The notes beneath the pieces were generated by a model. The model searched no databases. It saw nothing but the letters and a program-made list of their open reading frames with translations, and was not told the origin of the DNA. From Octopus sinensis (lineage: Eukaryota), in assembly GCF_006345805.1 (NCBI RefSeq), contig NC_043010.1, positions 63,550,001-63,614,000 on the forward strand: a DNA stretch of 64,000 bases. The letters run 5' to 3'. This document shows, piece after piece, positions 55,362 through 64,000 of the stretch. The translations under genes were made by a program, and so were the position numbers. Numbering within the stretch: position 1 is the stretch's first letter; each line of letters opens with the position of its first letter.

Positions 55362-57374
55362 GTCTGTTGGATGAGGGCTGATCTTGGACTAAACAACAGA
55401 GCTAATCAATCAAATGACCATTGATGGCACTGCTGCCCACTGCATTTCTTCTTCTTATTTTTTTTTTTTACCTCAGCCACAGTTTCATTGCTGTAGGTCT
55501 GCTTCAGTGGGATTGCCTGGGTGGTACACAGGATTGGTTATATCGAACATTACAGACAATAAACTGAAACCATGGCACAAACTTTGCTGTGTGATTAGGA
55601 GATTGGCTTCAAACTTTCATGGTTCCTGATTTGATTACAAATTATGAGGCCCTGGGAAGGGGTCTTTTATCACGGTCATAGCTTTGGGTTAAGCAATACC
55701 TTGTGACTGAAGTTTTGTAAATGGATACTGTTCAGAAGCCTGAACATTCCACCCCACTCAAAACTTCTGCACTATTTATACCCTCCCCCTTACTGTTGTT
55801 CACTGTGAGTAGGCCCCAGTACATCTCCAACACCCACCATCTATTTCTCTCTCTCTCTCTCTCTCTCTCTAACTATCTCTCACCTTCCTTTTCTTTCCTT
55901 GTCTTACTGGGGTGGCCAAGTATCTCCCTTGTCCCACTATCATACTCACCTGGCACACAGCTACTCCCCCACCCAGTTCCACTCCTCTTAACCCCACTGG
56001 AGGAGTAAAAACGACCACATAAAAAGCACCAGTCCAGTCATGTAAAAAGCAACTGTGCCACCAGTACACGTAAGAGGCACCTCTGCCGGTTCCATATAAA
56101 ATGCACCCGAGCTGGTGCCACTTAATAAACACCCATGTCAGTGTCATGTAAAAAGTACCCAGTACCCTCTGTAAAGTGGTTGGCAATAGGAAGGGCATCC
56201 AGCCATAGAAGCCGTGCCAACAGGCAATTGGAGCCTGGTGCAGCTCTCCATCTTGCCATCTGCTGTCAAACTAAAACCCCCCCGTGGCTGTTAGCATGAT
56301 TTCATAACATATACCATACATTCAGTAATTGCTTTGGGCCCCTATATAACTGAACTGTCATCAACACCCTATTGGCTCTCCCACTCCTGACACAGTGGAA
56401 CATTAGTGATGGAGAAAGGGCTGGGCCAACACTAAGTTGGTACTCATTTTAACTGAGGAGACTGGTGTAGTGTACAATGTTGTACCTTGCTCAAAACACA
56501 ATCTGCTACCTACTCTAGGAAATGAACCTACAACCTTATGGTTGTGATTTCAACACTCAAATCACAATATTGTGTGTGTGTGTATGTATGAGTGTGTTTA
56601 TATATTCTGTGTATGTGTATATAATGTTGTAAATATATGTATATGTGACATCAGTCTAAAACAAATAAGTAACCAAAGCTAAGTGTAACATCTCTTTATG
56701 AACCTGTTTATGCAAGTTAGCTGTTAGACAAATAGAGATCAATAAAATAAGCACTTTGATTGACACAATAGGCTAAACCCAACATACAATGGGCATCTCT
56801 ACAATGCTCATCAGCCAAATTTCACTTATAAATCTGATGCTATGGAGAGGTAACTTGTTCAAGGTGCTGTGTAATGGGATTGAGCTCAGGCCCATGTGGT
56901 TGCAAACCAAATTTCTTAACCACACACCCCTTTGTTGTTTTTTACTTTCTGGGATTGATGAAATAAATAACAGTGTTTTCTTGGGATTCATCCAACTATA
57001 TCCGCCCACCTTCCAATTTGTGGCCATATGCCAAAGTGAAAGTAAAAAAAAACATCATTTAATATATTTATGTTATGAAGGTGAATGCATCTGATGAGTT
57101 GGGTCTATTATTGCACTTCCATTCCTGATTATATCCATTTCAAATCATTCAAGTTGCTAACAATCCTAACAAAGGCCTGCACATCTGTTAATCTCAAATC
57201 TTATTTCCTTTATAAAAATCTGCGGCATCACATCTGTTGAAGAGAACATTGTACCATGCTGCACATATTTTTAAGTAAACAAGGAATCAATTATTTCACC
57301 AAAGTCAAATCAATTTAACAGCCAATCCCAATCAAAACTGGCCGACCTATGATCTAGTCATACAAAATCAGCAT

Positions 57375-57780
57375 AGGCGCAGGAGTGGCTGTGTGGTATG
57401 TAGCTTGCTAACCAACCACATGGTTCCGGGTTCAGTCCAACTGCATGGCATCTTGGGCAAGTGTCTTCTGCTATAGACCCGGGCTGACCAATGCCTTGTG
57501 AGTGGATTTGGTAGACGGAAACTGAAAGAAGCCTGTCGTATATATGTATATATATATGTGTGTGTGTGTGTGTGTTTGCGTGTCTGTGTTTGTCCCCCTA
57601 GCATTGCTTGACAACCGATGCTGGTGTGTTTACGTCCCCCGTCACTTAGCGGTTCGGCAAAAAGAGACCGATAGAATAAGTACTGGGCTTACAAAGAATA
57701 AGTCCCGGGGTCGATTTGCTCGACTAAAGGCGGTGCTCCAGCATGGCTGCAGTCAAATGACTGAAACAAGTAAAAGAGAG
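57375..57780 (+). mobile_element. SINE family B
   Basis: Family match. Confidence 0.88.
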
Positions 57781-57899
57781 AAAAAGAGAGAGAGTAATCT
57801 CTCTTGCTGTTCTCTCCATTAATTTATAATCCGTCCATTATTAAGAGCAGCTCCTTTAACTAGTTTAGTTCAAGCCAATAATAGAAAAATTTTGGTCAT

Positions 57900-58127
57900 T
57901 TAACCCTTTTGTTACCAACCCGGCTGAAACCGGCTCTGGCTCTGAGTACAAATGTCTTGTTTTCATAAGTTTTGAATAAAAATCTTCCACCAAACCTTAG
58001 TCACAATTTATGTTCCTAAACCTAGCTGAATGATAACTAAGTTATTTTACTAAATTCTTTGTTATATTTAAAGTAATTCAAAGAAACACAGAGCATCTCA
58101 AAATAAATACAGTAATGAAAGGGTTAA
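57900..58127 (+). mobile_element. piggyBac-like MITE family 1
   Basis: TTAA-CCCTTT...AAAGGG-TTAA. Confidence 0.87.
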
Positions 58128-59247
58128 CCCATTAGAAAAAGCAGTCATATTGCCCTTAAATCATATTTTAACGTCTCAAAACTGCATCACACACTGGATA
58201 ATGCAGTTGAAGTTACAGAATATCTGAATAAAAGACGGGATGGTCCCAGCTGATTATAAATCTGCTTGGTCAGAGCTGATAATAATAACAACGAAATTAG
58301 ATGTGACAAATACAACTGAAATGTTAAAAAATAAAATTATAGTAAAACAAGAGGTTTTTCTTTTTCTTCAATTTACAATTACTGAGGGTTCATTGAATTC
58401 ATATGTTACAGTGAACACACACACGACCTATAAACACAAAGCCAATAAAACCAACCTTATGTGGTTCTCCAAGCTGCTAGCAATAGCAGCTAAATCTCAT
58501 TCAAATAAAGAAAGGACACATTGATTAATATAGTCCTTTACATTCCTAAAAGACATGATTGTCATGGCTGGAATGCCTTTGCTCATAGAGCTATTCAATA
58601 AGGACTGGTGTGGGGCTGAACAACATTATTATATTCCCATTGTTTTCTGGTTGTCTTCTGAACCAAAATAAAATCCTTGTTTCTGTTCTGTTATCACTTT
58701 AACAGCTACTGTTAAATTTTACTGGGGTGTTGATGCTTAGCCCCAAGTCACACATGATTCAGCTGACCTGTTATAAAAGATATTCAAGCCAGAATCATCA
58801 ATTGAATATCTGTTTTGTAAGACAGTAGAGTGTGACTAAAAGGAGATTCAGAACCAATAAACATAGAAAGAGAGATAGATAGATAAAAGGTCCTTCTCCT
58901 TACAGTTTTAGACTCTTTGTTTTGTGCAAGTTGGAATAACATGGTTTTATTTTATTTTTATCAATTTCTGTTCAACCATTTGAACCCGACTTTTTTTTCT
59001 TACAATACAGTCTTTTCAATGTGTGCATTTTAACTTTTTAAATTAATTAATCAAGAACTTCATGAAATAACTAAGTTAATAAAAGATAAATGTTTATACG
59101 TATTGTTATCTAGTAATATCTTTCGTATAATTAGATTTCAGTCCATGATTTGAATATAAATTTCAACAGTTTAACAGAGGCAGTTTTGGGCAGGTTGGTG
59201 CAGAAAATGCTGTAAGAACATTATTTATGAACCTATTTGTCTGACAT

Positions 59248-59628
59248 GGAAGCACTCCGTCAGTTACGACGACGAGGGTTCCGATTGATCTGATCAACGG
59301 AACAGCCTGCTCGTGAAATTAACGTGTAAGTGGCTGAGCACTCCACAGACACGTGTACCCTTAACGTAGTTCTCGGGGATATTCAGCGTGACACAGAGAG
59401 TGACAAGGCCGGCCCTTTGAAATACAGGTACAACAGAAACAGGAAGTAAGAGTGAGAGAAAGTTGTGGTGAAAGAGTACAGCAGGGATCACCACCATCCC
59501 TGCCGGAGCCTCGTGGAACTTTTAGGTGTTTTCGCTCAATAAACACTCACAACGCCCGGTCTGGGAATCGAAACCGCGATCCTATGACCGCGAGTCCGCT
59601 GCCCTAACCACTGGGCCATTGCGCCTCC
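59248..59628 (-). mobile_element. SINE family A
   Basis: 11-bp TSD ttgtctgacat at 59237-59247 and 59629-59639. Confidence 0.92.
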
Positions 59629-61274
59629 TTGTCTGACATATAACATCTAATATAGCTTGCTGATTAGCATAATAACAGAGGCTATCAAGGTCTACCCTGC
59701 ATTGAGCAACAACAGCAGAGATGGGTAGAACAAGCCCAGAAATCTTTTCAGTTTTGAGCTCTCGTGAGAGGGCCATCTCCTAAAAAGTGGATGAAAGGGA
59801 AGCTGTTATTGACAGAAACATTCAACATTGAGAATCTACCAAAACTAAAGAGGAACAGAATTCATGGAACAGCTCAGTGAAGAAGATGAGATTTGTATCA
59901 ATGTAAGAAACCTTGTTATTGTTATAATTTCACAAAAGTTAAGATATTTGCATATTAATTACTAATGTAAAGATCGTATGACTACAGTTGGCAGTCTTTC
60001 TAAATTGCTAACTATTTATCAATTCAATGTGAGTAGCATGCATTTCAGAGTTAGAAAGAGAGATAAGGGTCAGAAGAAAGTTGGACCTTATCAAGCACAA
60101 TGTATGATGCAATGACTGTAGCAAACCCACTGCTTTAACCCTTCATGCATACATACATACATAAGCCAAGCTTCCATTCAATTTCCGTCTATTAAACTTC
60201 TCTAACAAGGTTTTCATCAACCCAAAGCTACAGTAGAAGGCATTTCCCCCAAATACTACAAAGTTTAACCAAACCTCAAACCATGTGGGTCGCAAAAGGA
60301 TCTTCGTAACCATACAGCCATACCTGCTGTGCTTTTTTATCGTTTCTGTTGGATCAGAGCCAGCTTGCGACTAAACAACAATTAGAACCACACACACACA
60401 TCATTACTGGTTCCAGACAAATTATTTTACTGTATTATTTTCTGGGTAAAAGGCTTTACTGTAGTTAGTTTTGCTCCTTAATTTTCTTACCCCAAATACT
60501 ACAAGAATCAACACAAAATTTCATAAGCTCAGGGTTGATAAAATCTCTATCAGCTATATTATATATAATTTCTCTCCACTAAAGGGTTATCTCTGAAGTG
60601 TAAGACTTCTGCATTTCGTTTTGATACAATAATCAATTCTGCTTTGCAAACTGTTTGGACCTGACATAGAAATAAAGAAATCCACCATAAGTTAACTATT
60701 TTTTTAGAGAGGAGGGAAGGCAATGCCTAAGGGACAGAAGGAGAAAGGTGTACTCAAACAGGAGTTCTAGCCTCAATGATTGCAACAGAATAGAGTCTGC
60801 TAAAGGCACCCAAGGGGCCTCGTGGTGATGTAAAACAAGGCAATGGATTAAGTCTACCACCCAAATAGGCCATGGCAGGATTTGAACTCAAAATGCAAAG
60901 AGCTAGAACAAATACTGCAAGGCATCTAGCTGGGGGTTTTATAGTTCCCTCAATCCATCACCCTAGATGGCTACTTTTTTTTTTATTGACTTTGGAAAAG
61001 TGAAAGGCAAAGTTGACCCGAGCAGAATCTGAACTCAAAATGCAGAGGCTCAAAACAAATACAGTGAAGCACTCTGTCTGACACAGTAACAACAATACTG
61101 CAATGGCTCTTGCCTTGAACCCATGTAGAAATACACACACACACGTTTACATTTGAAGCAAGTGTTGTTGAATGTAAACAGCAAAACAATAAAGTGGTGT
61201 TTCCTGTCATTGAAATGGATTTTCAATTGGTTACAGATGAATTATTTATATATATATATGTATATATATATGTG

Positions 61275-61306
<32 letters not shown>

Positions 61307-64000
61307 CACACACAAAAACATGGGTGTGTATATAGCAGAGGTGGTAGGAAGAGGAGGAGTAGATTTATAATAACAAAGGAGAGAATAGTCAAAGGAAATA
61401 TAAGTTGCAAGCTAAGAAATTCAATGTAGCATAACTCCTGTGACAGGTATTTTAAATAGAGGCTCTTAACCAAAATGTGTGTCTACACACACACGCACAC
61501 AAGATATAAATAGTCATTTAAAGCAGAGTTTCTAGGCATGTGCAGACCTTCATCTTTCATAGCAAGAAAGCAGTAAAGGAGCAAAGCATCAGTTTCACAT
61601 AAACAAATAACCTCCATTTATTACACACCCGTCTCTGGTGCCTCTACATACAAATGTATGCCCTCCCCGCTCACTCCTAGCTCACACTGTAAAGTGACAG
61701 GTGATATGAAGGGCATCGAACAACTGAAAACCCGTGCCAAAGAAAGAAACAAAAATGTAGATTCCCATAAGCCACAGCCCAGCCAGGTGAGAAGTAACTC
61801 TGGAATAAGATGGAATAAAAACTAACAGAGTCGAAGCAATTCGTTACAGACACACTCTCGAGTCCGGTGGCACAATAAAATATACCCAGACCATGTTGAG
61901 ATGGAGTGAAATACCCAGCATATGCCACATTGTAAAAACAGGCATAAAATGATAATACATCATCATTTAGCATCCCTTTTTCCATGCCGGCATGGACCAA
62001 AGTGTTTGACAAGAACGGATGAGCCAGAGGGCTCCACCACATTTTATGTACGCTTTGGCATGGTTTCTGCAGCTGGGTGCCCTTCCAAACACCAAACACT
62101 TAACAGGGTGTGGACTGGGTGCTTTTTATGTGGCACCAGCACTAGTGGGTCACCAAATACCCGCAAGATAAGAAAGACTCCTCAGATGAACAGAGTACAG
62201 ACTGGAGAAAGAAACTGTGATAGAGGGAGAAGAACAGGAGCCTTGCTGAAGAGGTAAATACATGGCTTGCTCACCTGGAGGTCCAGGTACAACCTGAATA
62301 AGACAGAATACAAAGTGCATGGAGTGAAACTAGTGTAACATATGATTAGAGGGATACACATCATTAACACTGCTTTTTTGTTTGTTTTACTATATTGGTT
62401 TGATTTGTTTGGGACGTTTTAAGGCTGTATTTTGCAGCCATATACTTCCCTCGATGCTAAGTTTTTTTTTAGTCACCTCTTATGACATTTAGGGATATGG
62501 TGTATCTTTCCTAAAAACCAGGACACACACGATACGAAAGTCTTCTTTATCAGACTGAGCTCCAATGCATGGGAGCTTATCCTAGTTTACAAAGTATTAA
62601 ATATCAAAAAGGAGATGTCTTTCTCCCTGGATAGGACTTTATCCTAAAGTTTTATATATGAAAATATCTGAGCTCAGTTGTGCAGGTTAACAAAACACCA
62701 ACGAAATAATGGCCTTCACCACATACAACAAGAGACTGTATGTCCAATTACACTGACTGCTCAAGCAATACATACACAATACAGGATTGCATGCTCCTGT
62801 TTATGTCAGAAGTTCAATCTCAGTGTATGTCCCGTTATTCTTTGTCTCTTTGGTCTACTTACTAATGATTAGAACAATGTTATCGTCATCCCAGTGACTT
62901 AGCTCAGCTACTTGCAACAGAGTTGACTCTGCTAAAGACACTCGAAAGCCAGGTGGTGGTGGTGGTGGTGGTGGTGCTCAGCCAGGCAACAGATGGAGTC
63001 TACCACCCCTAAACAGACTCAGTCCCTACCCCCAAGCTTCTACAGTTTCCATTTACCAAATTTTACTCCCAAGGCTTTGGTCAACCTGAAGCTACGGTAG
63101 AAGACACTCAACCACACACCCATGACTGTTGCTCTTCATTGTCTCTGGGCAGAACACTATATTCTACATTACCTCAGTTTACCTGGCTGTCAGGATCTAG
63201 GGCCCACTAGATCACATGGAAATGTTACCTTTGATAGACTGATATCATATCCAAGGAAAGATTTAATTTCCATCCTTTCTGTTGAGTCTCTGAGACAGCA
63301 TACTATATTCTACACTGTCTCAGTTCACATTATAGTCAGCACTAAGTACCAGATCATCTAGGAAATATTACTTGAGATAGAAATATATCTACTGAAACGG
63401 TGATTTAGTTCTCATATGCTTAACAGCAGAATTAAGTACTGCCAAGGAGCTAGGACGTATTTATTGCAAATGTTAATAGACTTCAATAAAGGACACAATA
63501 CAAGGTGGCAACAGGATATGTTATCAGTCTTTTCTAATGTATGTCCCTGCACCATTTCAAGTAAAACAGATTAGTAGACAACAACTGACATTAACTAGGA
63601 AATAAGAATGAAAATGTTTAAATAAAAATACGTGAAACTAAGGAAAGAATTGTTTACTGCTACATTGGGAGTTATGGCACACCTTCCAGTAGATAAACCT
63701 GTTTTTGATATCAGTGTACAGAAGACAAATGTCAAGACACATTTTATACTTCGTGAAACTGTTTAAATATTAAGGCACACCTTAGAGTAAATAAACCTAA
63801 TTATATGTCAAGATAGAGGTGTGTGATTCAAAAGTTTGATTTTCAGTTCCTTGGGTTTTTTTTTTTAATTCGATCTCACAATGCAGCATTTTGGACAAGT
63901 CTTTTCTATTATAGTCGCGAGTGAAATTTCATAGATGGAGACTGTATGGAAGCCTATTGAAGAGATTGCTCTTATTCTCAGTGATAGACTTCATTCAACA

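Overview
AT-rich, microsatellite-dense eukaryotic DNA. The repeat families and gene type look like an octopus (coleoid cephalopod) genome; this is an inference. Only two protein-coding regions are supportable, both single-coding-exon C2H2 zinc-finger genes facing tail-to-tail: 17084-18541 (+, 10 fingers) and 45403-48192 (-, 16 fingers). Each is preceded by a splice acceptor in its 5' UTR, and a candidate first exon for the + gene lies at about 8570-8703. The rest is repeats: three tRNA-derived SINE families, several RTE/BovB-type LINE remnants, many (GAT)n-tailed RTE 3' ends, two TTAA piggyBac-like MITE families, mariner derivatives, a non-autonomous Helitron, Penelope-like fragments and a truncated tRNA-His. 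Nearly all other ORFs in the track are microsatellite or repeat artefacts. Most notable: the His/Ser-rich N-terminus of the 929-aa protein is an array of decayed zinc fingers, with two Cys->Tyr codons that A-to-I editing could revert; minimal hammerhead ribozyme motifs, one with a compensatory G3-C8 core; a mariner built from two facing 5' halves; and several long fold-back hairpins, one just upstream of the ZNF splice acceptor. All alignments and identities were judged by eye.
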